Shown one piece after another: positions 16,110 to 25,933 of a stretch of DNA of 32,000 nt. The translations under genes and the position numbers were made by a program. Every line of letters starts with the position of its first letter. The stretch's first letter is position 1. The notes beneath the pieces are model-generated. The model was not told the DNA's origin and searched no databases. It worked only from the letters and a program-made list of their open reading frames with translations. The DNA lies in contig NC_004459.3 in assembly GCF_000039765.1 (NCBI RefSeq), forward strand, positions 1,800,001 through 1,832,000. Direction: 5' to 3'. The DNA is from Vibrio vulnificus CMCP6 (GTDB lineage: Bacteria > Pseudomonadota > Gammaproteobacteria > Enterobacterales > Vibrionaceae).

Positions 16110-17450
16110 ATGATTACAATAAAGAAGGGTTTGGACCTTCCTATCGCAGGAGCTCCTTCCCAGGTGATTAATGATGGTAAATCCATCACAAAAGTCGCCT
16201 TGCTTGGCGAAGAGTACGTTGGCATGCGTCCTACGATGCATGTTCGCGTTGGTGATGAAGTGAAGAAAGCCCAAGTTCTTTTTGAAGACAAAAAGAACCC
16301 TGGCGTGAAATTTACTTCTCCAGTGAGTGGTAAAGTTATCGAAGTGAATCGTGGCGCGAAGCGTGTACTTCAATCTGTAGTGATTGAAGTGGCAGGCGAC
16401 GAGCAAGTGACCTTTGATAAGTTTGAAGCCTCTCAACTAGCAGGTCTTGATCGCGAAGTGATCAAAACTCAGTTGGTTGAATCTGGTCTTTGGACCGCTC
16501 TGCGTACTCGTCCGTTCAGCAAGGTTCCAGCAATTGAATCGACAACTAAAGCGATTTTCGTTACCGCAATGGATACCAATCCATTGGCAGCGAAGCCTGA
16601 GTTGATCATCAATGAACAAGCGGAAGCGTTTGTTGCTGGTTTGGATGTGCTTTCAGCCCTAACAGAAGAGAAGGTTTACGTTTGTAAATCTGGTACGAGC
16701 TTACCTCGTTCTTCTCAGTCTAATGTGGAAGAGCACGTATTTGACGGCCCACACCCAGCTGGTCTAGCGGGTACCCACATGCATTTCCTCTACCCAGTGA
16801 ATGCAAACAACGTGGCATGGAGCATCAACTACCAAGACGTGATTGCGTTTGGTCAGTTGTTCCTAACTGGTGAACTTTTCACTGACCGTGTTGTTTCTCT
16901 AGCGGGTCCTGTTGTGAATAACCCTCGTCTCGTTCGTACCATCATGGGTGCAAGCTTGGATGAGCTAACCGACAGTGAAATGATGCCAGGCGAAGTTCGT
17001 GTGATTTCTGGTTCAGTACTGACTGGTACTCATGCCACTGGTCCTCACGCTTACTTGGGGCGTTACCACCTGCAGGTTTCTGTTCTGCGTGAAGGTCGTG
17101 ACAAAGAACTGTTTGGCTGGGCGACGCCTGGTAAGAACAAGTTCTCTGTAACCCGTTCTTTCCTTGGTCACTTGTTTAAAGGTCAGTTGTTCAATATGAC
17201 AACCACCACAAACGGTAGTGATCGTGCAATGGTTCCAATCGGTAACTACGAGCGTGTAGTGCCTCTTGATATGGAACCGACTCTGCTGCTTCGTGATCTA
17301 TGTGCAGGCGATACTGACAGTGCTCAAGCACTGGGTGCGCTAGAACTGGATGAAGAAGATCTAGCATTGTGTACCTTTGTATGCCCAGGTAAATACGAGT
17401 ACGGTCAACTGCTACGTGACTGCCTGAATACAATTGAGAAGGAAGGGTAA
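16110..17450 (+). CDS. nqrA: Na+-translocating NADH:quinone oxidoreductase subunit A
   Basis: The canonical NqrA N-terminus [14 protein letters not shown] starts at the ATG at 16110. The tracked ORF starts 4 codons earlier, at 16098. It is the first gene of the six-gene nqr operon. Confidence 0.95.
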   Translation: MITIKKGLDLPIAGAPSQVINDGKSITKVALLGEEYVGMRPTMHVRVGDEVKKAQVLFEDKKNPGVKFTSPVSGKVIEVNRGAKRVLQSVVIEVAGDEQVTFDKFEASQLAGLDREVIKTQLVESGLWTALRTRPFSKVPAIESTTKAIFVTAMDTNPLAAKPELIINEQAEAFVAGLDVLSALTEEKVYVCKSGTSLPRSSQSNVEEHVFDGPHPAGLAGTHMHFLYPVNANNVAWSINYQDVIAFGQLFLTGELFTDRVVSLAGPVVNNPRLVRTIMGASLDELTDSEMMPGEVRVISGSVLTGTHATGPHAYLGRYHLQVSVLREGRDKELFGWATPGKNKFSVTRSFLGHLFKGQLFNMTTTTNGSDRAMVPIGNYERVVPLDMEPTLLLRDLCAGDTDSAQALGALELDEEDLALCTFVCPGKYEYGQLLRDCLNTIEKEG

Positions 17451-17455
17451 GTTTC

Positions 17456-18700
17456 ATGGGCCTTAAGAAGTTTCTTGAAGACATCGAACACCACTTTGAA
17501 CCAGGCGGCAAACACGAAAAATGGTTTGCTCTGTACGAAGCTGCGGCAACGCTATTCTACACGCCAGGTTTGGTGACGAAAAAGAGCTCACACGTTCGTG
17601 ATAGCGTTGACCTAAAACGCATCATGATCATGGTTTGGTTTGCAGTGTTCCCAGCAATGTTCTGGGGTATGTACAACGCTGGTGGCCAAGCTATCGCGGC
17701 TCTAAACCACATGTACGCTGGTGATCAACTGGCGCAAATCATTGCAGGTAACTGGCACTACTGGCTAACCGAGATGCTGGGCGGAACGATTTCTGCCGAT
17801 GCAAGCTGGGGTAGTAAGATGTTGCTAGGTGCAACCTACTTCCTACCAATCTACGCAACGGTATTCCTCGTTGGTGGTTTCTGGGAAGTGCTATTCTGTA
17901 TGGTGCGTAAGCACGAAGTTAACGAAGGTTTCTTCGTAACCTCGATCCTTTTCGCATTGATCGTTCCGCCAACACTACCTCTATGGCAAGCAGCGCTAGG
18001 TATTACCTTCGGTGTTGTGGTTGCTAAAGAGATCTTTGGTGGTACTGGTCGTAACTTCCTGAACCCAGCGTTAGCAGGTCGTGCTTTCCTATTCTTCGCT
18101 TACCCAGCACAAATCTCGGGTGACGTAGTGTGGACAGCAGCAGACGGCTTCTCTGGTGCAACTGCGCTAAGCCAGTGGGCTCAAGGCGGCAACAGTGCAC
18201 TAGTAAACACAGTGACTGGTGCGCCAATCACGTGGCTAGACGCGTTCATCGGTAACATCCCAGGTTCAATCGGCGAAGTTTCTACGCTTGCACTGCTTAT
18301 CGGTGCAGCAATGATCGTTTACATGCGAATCGCATCTTGGCGCATCATTGCCGGTGTAATGATCGGTATGATCGTAGTATCGACACTGTTCAACGTGATC
18401 GGTTCTGATACTAACGCAATGTTCAGCATGCCATGGCACTGGCACCTAGTTCTAGGTGGTTTTGCATTCGGTATGTTCTTTATGGCAACCGACCCAGTAT
18501 CGGCTTCATTTACCAACAAAGGTAAGTGGTGGTACGGCATTCTTATCGGTGCAATGTGTGTAATGATTCGTGTTGTTAACCCAGCATACCCAGAAGGCAT
18601 GATGCTGGCGATTCTATTCGCGAACCTGTTTGCACCACTGTTTGACCATCTAGTGGTTGAGAAGAACATCAAGCGGAGACAAGCACGCTATGGCAAGTAA
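17456..18700 (+). CDS. nqrB: Na+-NQR subunit B
   Basis: The 414-aa polytopic protein carries the flavinylation motif DGFSGATAL and sits at the expected operon position. Confidence 0.95.
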   Translation: MGLKKFLEDIEHHFEPGGKHEKWFALYEAAATLFYTPGLVTKKSSHVRDSVDLKRIMIMVWFAVFPAMFWGMYNAGGQAIAALNHMYAGDQLAQIIAGNWHYWLTEMLGGTISADASWGSKMLLGATYFLPIYATVFLVGGFWEVLFCMVRKHEVNEGFFVTSILFALIVPPTLPLWQAALGITFGVVVAKEIFGGTGRNFLNPALAGRAFLFFAYPAQISGDVVWTAADGFSGATALSQWAQGGNSALVNTVTGAPITWLDAFIGNIPGSIGEVSTLALLIGAAMIVYMRIASWRIIAGVMIGMIVVSTLFNVIGSDTNAMFSMPWHWHLVLGGFAFGMFFMATDPVSASFTNKGKWWYGILIGAMCVMIRVVNPAYPEGMMLAILFANLFAPLFDHLVVEKNIKRRQARYGK

Positions 18701-19457
18701 TGACAGCATTAAAAAGACGCTGGGTGTTGTTGTCGGGTTGAGCCTTGTTTGTTCAATCATCGTATCAACAGCAGCAGTCGGTCTGCGTGACCAGCAAAAA
18801 GCTAACGCTGTTTTGGATAAGCAATCCAAGATCATCGAAGTAGCTGGTATCGACAGCAAAGGTAAGAAAGTACCAGAGCTTTTTGCTCAGTACATCGAAC
18901 CACGTCTGGTTGATTTCGCAACAGGTGACTTTGTTGATGGTAATGCAGCAACGTATGACCAACGCAAAGCCGCGAAAGATCCTGCACAGTCTATCAAACT
19001 GACCGCTGAGCAAGATGACGCGAAAATTCTACGTCGTGCAAATACAGGTGTTGTGTACCTAGTGAAAAATGGCGACAGCATTTCTAAGATCATTCTACCG
19101 GTTCACGGTAACGGTCTTTGGTCAATGATGTACGCTTTCGTTGCGGTTGAAACCGACGGTAACACAGTATCAGGTATCACCTACTACGAGCAGGGTGAAA
19201 CTCCGGGATTGGGTGGTGAAGTTGAAAACCCATCTTGGCGTGCACAGTTCGTAGGCAAGAAACTGTTTGACGAAAACCACAAACCAGCTATCAAGGTAGT
19301 GAAAGGTGGTGCGCCAGTTGGTTCTGAGCACGGTGTTGACGGCCTGTCAGGTGCGACACTAACTAGTAACGGTGTTCAACACACATTTGACTTCTGGTTA
19401 GGTGATATGGGCTTTGGTCCATTCCTAGCAAAAGTTCGTGACGGAGGCCTGAACTAA
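18690..19457 (+). CDS. nqrC: Na+-NQR subunit C
   Basis: I prefer the ATG at 18690 (MASNDSIKK..., followed by a TM anchor), which overlaps the nqrB end by 11 nt. The FMN attachment motif is [10 protein letters not shown]. Confidence 0.9.
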   Translation: MASNDSIKKTLGVVVGLSLVCSIIVSTAAVGLRDQQKANAVLDKQSKIIEVAGIDSKGKKVPELFAQYIEPRLVDFATGDFVDGNAATYDQRKAAKDPAQSIKLTAEQDDAKILRRANTGVVYLVKNGDSISKIILPVHGNGLWSMMYAFVAVETDGNTVSGITYYEQGETPGLGGEVENPSWRAQFVGKKLFDENHKPAIKVVKGGAPVGSEHGVDGLSGATLTSNGVQHTFDFWLGDMGFGPFLAKVRDGGLN

Positions 19458-20089
19458 TGTCTAGTGCACAAAACATTAAAAAGAGCATTCTTGCGCCAGT
19501 ATTGGATAACAACCCAATCGCGCTACAAGTTCTTGGTGTATGTTCTGCGCTTGCAGTAACTACCAAACTAGAAACAGCGTTTGTTATGACACTAGCGGTA
19601 ACGTTTGTAACTGCATTGTCTAACTTCTTTGTTTCTTTAATCCGTAACCACATTCCTAACAGTGTGCGTATCATCGTTCAAATGGCGATCATCGCATCTC
19701 TAGTAATCGTGGTAGACCAGATCTTGAAAGCTTACTTGTACGATATCTCTAAACAGCTATCGGTATTCGTAGGTCTTATCATTACTAACTGTATCGTAAT
19801 GGGTCGTGCAGAAGCGTTCGCGATGAAATCTGCACCAGTTCCATCATTGATCGACGGTATTGGTAACGGTCTTGGTTATGGTTTTGTTCTTATTACTGTG
19901 GGCTTCTTCCGTGAACTATTCGGTAGCGGTAAGTTGTTTGGTATGGAAGTACTACCACTAGTGAACAATGGTGGTTGGTATCAGCCAAATGGTCTGATGC
20001 TTCTAGCGCCATCTGCATTCTTCCTAATCGGCTTCATGATTTGGGCGATCCGTACGTTCAAACCAGAGCAAGTAGAAGCGAAGGAGTAA
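19457..20089 (+). CDS. nqrD: Na+-NQR subunit D
   Basis: The 210-aa hydrophobic product belongs to the RnfE/NqrD family. Its ATG overlaps the nqrC stop by 1 nt (TAATG). Confidence 0.95.
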   Translation: MSSAQNIKKSILAPVLDNNPIALQVLGVCSALAVTTKLETAFVMTLAVTFVTALSNFFVSLIRNHIPNSVRIIVQMAIIASLVIVVDQILKAYLYDISKQLSVFVGLIITNCIVMGRAEAFAMKSAPVPSLIDGIGNGLGYGFVLITVGFFRELFGSGKLFGMEVLPLVNNGGWYQPNGLMLLAPSAFFLIGFMIWAIRTFKPEQVEAKE

Positions 20090-20096
20090 GGGCAAC

Positions 20097-20693
20097 ATGG
20101 AACATTACATCAGTCTGTTAATTAAATCGATTTTCATCGAGAACATGGCTCTGTCTTTCTTCTTGGGTATGTGTACCTTCTTGGCGGTATCTAAGAAAGT
20201 AAAGACCTCTTTCGGTCTAGGTGTTGCAGTAGTGGTTGTTTTGACTATCGCTGTACCAGTAAACAACCTGGTTTACAACCTAGTACTTAAGGAAAACGCG
20301 CTGGTCGAAGGCGTGGATCTGAGCTTCCTAAACTTCATCACCTTTATCGGTGTAATTGCGGCACTTGTACAGATTCTAGAGATGATTCTTGACCGTTTCT
20401 TCCCGCCTTTGTACAACGCGCTAGGCATCTTCCTACCGCTGATCACAGTAAACTGTGCGATCTTCGGTGGTGTATCTTTCATGGTACAACGTGACTACAA
20501 CTTCGCTGAATCTGTTGTTTATGGTTTCGGTGCAGGTGTGGGTTGGATGCTCGCGATCGTGGCCCTTGCAGGTATCCGTGAGAAGATGAAGTACTCAGAT
20601 GTACCTCCTGGTCTACGTGGTTTAGGTATTACCTTTATCACTGTAGGTTTGATGGCGTTAGGCTTTATGTCTTTCTCTGGTGTTCAACTGTAA
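20097..20693 (+). CDS. nqrE: Na+-NQR subunit E
   Basis: The 198-aa hydrophobic product belongs to the RnfA/NqrE family and sits at the expected operon position. Confidence 0.95.
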   Translation: MEHYISLLIKSIFIENMALSFFLGMCTFLAVSKKVKTSFGLGVAVVVVLTIAVPVNNLVYNLVLKENALVEGVDLSFLNFITFIGVIAALVQILEMILDRFFPPLYNALGIFLPLITVNCAIFGGVSFMVQRDYNFAESVVYGFGAGVGWMLAIVALAGIREKMKYSDVPPGLRGLGITFITVGLMALGFMSFSGVQL

Positions 20694-20726
20694 GTCGGGT
20701 AAACCGCAACAATTAAGGAATAGTCA

Positions 20727-21950
20727 ATGGACATTATTCTTGGTGTCGTGATGTTTACTCTGATCGTACTGGCTTTAGTACTAGTGATTCTTTTCGCTAA
20801 GTCTAAGCTTGTACCAACAGGTGACATTACAATTTCTATCAACGGCGACGCAGATAAGTCGATCGTTACTTCTCCAGGTGGCAAGCTACTAAGCGCGTTA
20901 GCTGGTGCAGGTGTATTCGTTTCTTCTGCTTGTGGTGGCGGTGGCTCTTGTGGTCAGTGTCGCGTAAAAGTGAAGAGCGGTGGTGGTGATATCCTTCCAA
21001 CTGAGTTGGATCACATCACTAAAGGTGAAGCGCGTGAAGGTGAGCGTCTAGCGTGTCAGGTGGCTGTGAAAACAGACATGGACATCGAGCTACCAGAAGA
21101 AATCTTCGGCGTTAAAAAGTGGGAATGTACAGTTATCTCTAACGATAACAAAGCAACATTCATTAAAGAGCTTAAGCTACAAATTCCAGATGGCGAATCA
21201 GTACCTTTCCGTGCTGGTGGTTACATCCAGATTGAAGCACCAGCTCACCACGTTAAATACGCAGATTTCGACGTACCAGAAGAGTACCGCGGTGACTGGG
21301 ACAAGTTTAACTTGTTCCGTTACGAGTCTATCGTAAAAGAAGACATCATCCGTGCATACTCAATGGCGAACTACCCTGAAGAGTTCGGCATCATCATGCT
21401 AAACGTACGTATCGCGACTCCGCCGCCAAATAACCCAGACGTAGCACCGGGTCAGATGTCTTCTTACATCTGGTCACTAAAAGAAGGTGATAAGTGTACG
21501 ATTTCTGGTCCATTTGGTGAGTTCTTCGCGAAAGACACAGATGCAGAAATGGTCTTCATCGGTGGTGGTGCAGGTATGGCTCCTATGCGTTCTCATATCT
21601 TTGACCAACTGAAGCGTTTGAAGTCTAAGCGTAAGATGTCTTACTGGTACGGCGCGCGTTCTAAGCGTGAAATGTTCTACGTAGAAGATTTCGATGGCCT
21701 AGCGGCTGAGAATGATAACTTCGTATGGCACTGTGCACTGTCTGATCCACTCCCAGAAGATAACTGGGATGGTTACACAGGCTTCATCCACAATGTGCTT
21801 TACGAAAACTATCTGCGTGATCACGATGCACCAGAAGATTGTGAATACTACATGTGTGGTCCACCGATGATGAACGCGGCTGTTATCGGCATGCTGAAAA
21901 ATCTCGGTGTTGAAGATGAAAACATCCTACTGGATGACTTCGGTGGTTAA
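20727..21950 (+). CDS. nqrF: Na+-NQR subunit F (2Fe-2S ferredoxin plus FAD/NADH-binding domains)
   Basis: There is an N-terminal TM segment and a Cys cluster [10 protein letters not shown]...C. The FAD motif is RAYSMAN and the NAD-binding motif is [11 protein letters not shown]. Confidence 0.95.
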
Positions 21951-21972
21951 TTTCATCTAACCCATTGAAACT

Positions 21973-22006
21973 ATGGCTGGCTCGTAGGAGCCAGCCATTC
22001 TTTTTT
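21973..22006 (+). terminator. Strong rho-independent terminator immediately after nqrF
   Basis: ATGGCTGGCTC-gtag-GAGCCAGCCAT has 11-bp perfect arms and is followed by TCTTTTTT. Confidence 0.85.
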
Positions 22007-22120
22007 CCTCGCTATTCTTTTTTCTTTTTTTGAATAGTGCGCCAAATGGCCATAGAAAATCGGTGCGTTAACCGTGAACCTATTTTCCATATCCATTTAA
22101 TAACAATAGGAGTTTAACAA

Positions 22121-23128
22121 GTGAAAAAGTGGCTTGTTGCTTTCGCTTCTCTATTGGTACTTGCTGGTTGCGAAAAGCCCGCAGAGCAGGTACATCTTAG
22201 CGGCCCAACGATGGGCACGACTTACAATATCAAATACATCACTCAAGAAGGTTTACCAAAGCCGGACGTACTTCAGCAAGAGATCGACCGTTTGCTAGAA
22301 GAAGTTAACGATCAGATGTCGACGTACCGAAAAACCTCTGAATTGAGCCGTTTTAATCAGTCTCGCGATTCTGCGCCGTTCGCGGTTTCTCAACAAACGG
22401 CCACCGTTGTTAAGGAAGCGATTCGTCTCAATCATTTGACCTTGGGGGCGTTGGATGTCACCGTTGGGCCTTTGGTTAACCTGTGGGGATTTGGTCCTGA
22501 AGCGCGTCGTGATGTCGTGCCGAGTGCTGAGGATTTAGCTGAGCGTAAAGCGCAAACAGGCATCGAGCATTTGTCGGTTGTCGATAACACGTTGATCAAA
22601 ACCTTGCCTAACCTCTATGTGGATCTATCGACGATCGCGAAAGGTTGGGGCGTTGATGTGGTTGCAGACTATATTCAATCTCAAGGTGTACAAAACTACA
22701 TGGTCGAAATCGGCGGTGAAATTCGCTTAAAAGGGGTTAACCGTGAAGGTGTGCCTTGGCGTATCGCGATTGAAAAACCGTCGGTAGAAGAGCGTGCTAT
22801 CCAAGATATTATCGAACCGGGTGATATGGCGATCGCGACTTCCGGTGATTACCGTAACTACTTTGAGCGTGATGGTATTCGTTATTCTCACATCATTAAT
22901 CCAAAAACAGGCATGCCAATTAACCATAAAGTGGTTTCTGTCACCGTGTTAGACAAATCCTCGATGACAGCAGATGGTCTTGCAACCGGTCTAATGGTGT
23001 TGGGTGAAGAAAAAGGCATTGAGATCGCTAATCAAAATAGCATCCCAGTGCTAATGATCGTGAAAACAGATGATGGCTTTACAGAAATCGCTTCTGATGC
23101 GTATAAGCCATATTTGAAGAATCAATAA
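22121..23128 (+). CDS. apbE: FAD:protein FMN transferase ApbE (lipoprotein)
   Basis: A GTG start is preceded by TAGGAG at 22108-22113. The lipobox is LLVLAGC. ApbE motifs include HLSGPTMGTTYNIKY and ATSGDYRNYFE..G.RYSHIINPKTG. Confidence 0.9.
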   Translation: MKKWLVAFASLLVLAGCEKPAEQVHLSGPTMGTTYNIKYITQEGLPKPDVLQQEIDRLLEEVNDQMSTYRKTSELSRFNQSRDSAPFAVSQQTATVVKEAIRLNHLTLGALDVTVGPLVNLWGFGPEARRDVVPSAEDLAERKAQTGIEHLSVVDNTLIKTLPNLYVDLSTIAKGWGVDVVADYIQSQGVQNYMVEIGGEIRLKGVNREGVPWRIAIEKPSVEERAIQDIIEPGDMAIATSGDYRNYFERDGIRYSHIINPKTGMPINHKVVSVTVLDKSSMTADGLATGLMVLGEEKGIEIANQNSIPVLMIVKTDDGFTEIASDAYKPYLKNQ

Positions 23129-23147
23129 GTGATATAGGTTTGTTGAT

Positions 23148-23381
23148 ATGAGTACATTTCTAATTACCTTTGGTGTGTTTGTCGCCGTAATTGCCGCGAT
23201 GGCAGTGGGCTACATCTTCCAGAAAAAGGTGGTGAAGGGAAGCTGTGGCGGTCTGGGTGCTGTTGGCATTGAAAAAGTGTGTAACTGCCCTGAGCCCTGT
23301 GATGCGCGTAAAAAACGCGAAGCACGTGAAGCCGCGCGAGCGGAAAAATTGGCTCAGTGGGACAAAGACCGCATCGCTTAA
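23148..23381 (+). CDS. nqrM: Na+-NQR maturation factor NqrM (DUF539)
   Basis: The 77-aa product has an N-terminal TM helix followed by the Cys motif GSCGG...CNCPEPC. It lies downstream of apbE, as in other nqr loci. Confidence 0.8.
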   Translation: MSTFLITFGVFVAVIAAMAVGYIFQKKVVKGSCGGLGAVGIEKVCNCPEPCDARKKREAREAARAEKLAQWDKDRIA

Positions 23382-23388
23382 AATGAAA

Positions 23389-23410
23389 AACGCCCGCATC
23401 GGGCGTTTTC
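23389..23410. terminator. Bidirectional terminator between nqrM and the convergent GGDEF gene
   Basis: AACGCCCG-cat-CGGGCGTT has an A-run on the left and a T-run on the right. It lies 8 nt after the nqrM stop and 5 nt from the GGDEF gene stop. Confidence 0.8.
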
Positions 23411-23411
23411 T

Positions 23412-24662
23412 TTATCGGCTAACTACTTGGTTTCGTCCGTTGGCTTTTGCTTGGTACAAGTAGCCATCGGCTTCTTTGATTTGATTTTCAAGCTCATCTT
23501 GCAAAGAAGCCACACCAATACTGATGGTGATATGAATGTTATGCGCTTTGTGTGTAATGGTGGTTTTCTCGACCCGCTGCCTCATGTGCTCTAAGCGAGT
23601 GACAAAGTCGTCGTAACTTTGACAAGATTGAATACAAAATTCTTCACCGCCAAACCGCGCGACAATTTCTCCGGGGAAATAAATTTTCAGGATGTTAGCG
23701 ACCGTTTTTAAGGCGATGTCACCGCCATCATGGCCATAGGTATCATTCACTTTTTTGAAGTGATCAATATCAAGCATCGCAATATGGCGCAATTCACAGC
23801 TGTTACAGGACTGACTAAAAAGATAACGACGATTCCAAAGGCCTGTCAGGGCATCTTGGTTAGCCATACGATAGAGCTCATTGGTTGCTTCTTTCATGTC
23901 GAGTATTTGATGGACACGGCAGAAAAACTCTTCCTGATTAAAGGGCTTATAGAGAAAGTCATTCGCGCCTGCTTTCAAAAAGCGGGCAGTCATCGTCCGA
24001 TCGTCGCTGCCAGACAGCCCTAAAATGGCTAACTTGTTCTTATCGGTATGTACGCGAATTTCACGAATCATGGTGATGCCGTCTTTTTCTGGCATGTCAT
24101 GGTCGGTGATCACAAACGTCACTTCGGGATGTTGCTTCAGGACCTCTAGCGCTTGAGTGCCATTTTCCGCTTCCAGTGTTTCGATATATTGGTGTTCCAG
24201 TAACTGTGTAATGTGCTTTCTCACCACTTTGGAATCGTCAACCACCAATGCCTTATGCTGACGGTTGTTCGTGAGGCGTTTAATTAGAGGCAACAAGTAG
24301 GAAACTGACGCCATACTGTCTTTCAAAATGTAATCCAAAACCCCTTTGGCAAGCACTTTAGAGCGAATCTCTTCGCTAAACATCGCCGTTAGGACGATCA
24401 CTTTTTGCTGGTGATGTAACGCAAGATCAATCACTTCACCATCTTGACCGTCTGGCAGACAATAATCCAAAACGGCGCAAAGAAACTCGTGATTTTCTGC
24501 AAGGAAAGTTTGCGCTTCAGCTAAATTCTCTGCCGCAAAAACGTCATATCCCGCTTGGGAGAGTTGTTGCTGGAGGTAATTACGAAAGGCTCGGCTATCT
24601 TCTACAACTAGTATTTTATTACCCAAGGAAGAGGCCTCCGGACCATTATTAACAACTAACAT
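23412..24662 (-). CDS. Response regulator with two receiver domains and a GGDEF diguanylate cyclase output
   Basis: REC1 reads KILVVEDSRAF...AVLDYCLPDGQDG. REC2 reads ALVVDDSKVV...VITDHDMPEKDG...KP. The GGDEF domain reads DALTGLWNRRYL...RFGGEEF. Confidence 0.9.
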   Translation of the reverse strand: MLVVNNGPEASSLGNKILVVEDSRAFRNYLQQQLSQAGYDVFAAENLAEAQTFLAENHEFLCAVLDYCLPDGQDGEVIDLALHHQQKVIVLTAMFSEEIRSKVLAKGVLDYILKDSMASVSYLLPLIKRLTNNRQHKALVVDDSKVVRKHITQLLEHQYIETLEAENGTQALEVLKQHPEVTFVITDHDMPEKDGITMIREIRVHTDKNKLAILGLSGSDDRTMTARFLKAGANDFLYKPFNQEEFFCRVHQILDMKEATNELYRMANQDALTGLWNRRYLFSQSCNSCELRHIAMLDIDHFKKVNDTYGHDGGDIALKTVANILKIYFPGEIVARFGGEEFCIQSCQSYDDFVTRLEHMRQRVEKTTITHKAHNIHITISIGVASLQDELENQIKEADGYLYQAKANGRNQVVSR

Positions 24663-24803
24663 AAATAATATGTAGGACTAACAAAGTTGCCACAAATAAG
24701 CGATTTGTTTGTTTGCTAATTGGGCTGAATCTCAAAATAACGACATGCATACGGATTCATTAATGGCGATAGAGAACGATTGAGAATGTCTCAATTGCCT
24801 GTA

Positions 24804-24823
24804 TACTGTGTTTTTGTCCAGTT
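24804..24823. promoter_or_regulatory. Probable LexA (SOS) box upstream of dinB
   Basis: TACTGTgtttttgtCCAGTT compares with the consensus TACTGT-N8-ACAGTA. The CTGT-N8-CCAG core has one mismatch. It lies 30 nt upstream of the preferred dinB ATG. Confidence 0.55.
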
Positions 24824-24852
24824 ATTGATTGTGTTGTTGTATGTCTACGCAA

Positions 24853-25905
24853 ATGCGAAAAATCATCCATATAGATATGGACTGCTTCTATGCCGCAGTA
24901 GAGATGCGTGATAACCCAAATTTCCGCAGCCGGCCTCTGGCGGTTGGAGGGCACGAAAAGCAGCGTGGGGTCATCAGTACCTGTAATTATGAAGCGCGTA
25001 AGTTTGGCGTGAGAAGTGCGATGCCAACGGCACAAGCGCTGAAATTGTGTCCTAGTTTGCTGGTTGTGCCTGGGCGAATGCAGGTATACAAAGAGGTTTC
25101 AACGCACATTCGCAGTATCTTCTCACGTTACACTCATTTGATTGAGCCACTCTCGCTTGATGAAGCGTATTTAGATGTAACGGATTCCACACAATGTCAT
25201 GGTTCGGCAACCTTAATTGCTGAAGCGATTCGCCGTGACATTTGGAATGAGCTACAACTCACGGCGTCGGCAGGCGTTGCTCCGATTAAATTTCTCGCCA
25301 AAGTGGCCTCGGACATGAACAAACCGAATGGCCAGTTTGTGATTCCACCAGAGCAAGTTCAGAGTGTGATTGATACTTTGCCTTTACAAAAAATCCCTGG
25401 GGTTGGCAAAGTGAGTTTAGAGAAGTTGAACCAAGCGGGCTTGTACGTTTGCCAAGATGTGAAAAACAGCGATTATCGTCAGCTACTCAAGCAATTTGGT
25501 CGCTTAGGGGCGTCGCTATGGCAGCGCAGCCATGGTATTGATGAGCGAGAGGTGATCGTCGAGCGAGAACGTAAATCAGTCGGAGTCGAGCGCACTTTTA
25601 CGCAAAATATTGTGACCTATGAACAGTGTTGGCAAGTGATCGAAGAGAAATTGTTTCCCGAGCTGGCCATTCGTTTAGAAAAAGCCAATCCTGAAAAAGC
25701 GATCATTAAGCAAGGGATCAAAATGAAATTCGCCGACTTTCAATTGACGACGATAGAGCATGTTCACCATGAGCTCGAACTGGCCTATTTCCGCGAGTTG
25801 TTGCAGGACATTCTTCAACGTCAAAAGGGGCGTGAAATTCGCTTACTAGGGCTCAGTGTGATGCTTAAGCCAGAAGAGCAAGCGCGGCAACTCAGCTTGC
25901 TCTAA
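24853..25905 (+). CDS. dinB: DNA polymerase IV (Y-family translesion polymerase)
   Basis: MRKIIHIDMDCFYAAVEMRDNP is essentially the E. coli DinB N-terminus. In-frame ATGs at 24829 and 24841 are alternative starts. Confidence 0.9.
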   Translation: MRKIIHIDMDCFYAAVEMRDNPNFRSRPLAVGGHEKQRGVISTCNYEARKFGVRSAMPTAQALKLCPSLLVVPGRMQVYKEVSTHIRSIFSRYTHLIEPLSLDEAYLDVTDSTQCHGSATLIAEAIRRDIWNELQLTASAGVAPIKFLAKVASDMNKPNGQFVIPPEQVQSVIDTLPLQKIPGVGKVSLEKLNQAGLYVCQDVKNSDYRQLLKQFGRLGASLWQRSHGIDEREVIVERERKSVGVERTFTQNIVTYEQCWQVIEEKLFPELAIRLEKANPEKAIIKQGIKMKFADFQLTTIEHVHHELELAYFRELLQDILQRQKGREIRLLGLSVMLKPEEQARQLSLL

Positions 25906-25933
25906 TCGCTTTGGGTTGTTTCCCTAGGTCTGA

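Noticed and set aside
15947-16436. Two minus-strand ORFs (114 aa and 122 aa) overlapping the nqrA 5' end and its upstream region.
   Set aside because: They overlap the unambiguous nqrA coding sequence in antisense. They have no motifs or ribosome-binding sites and no room for a promoter. They are shadow ORFs.
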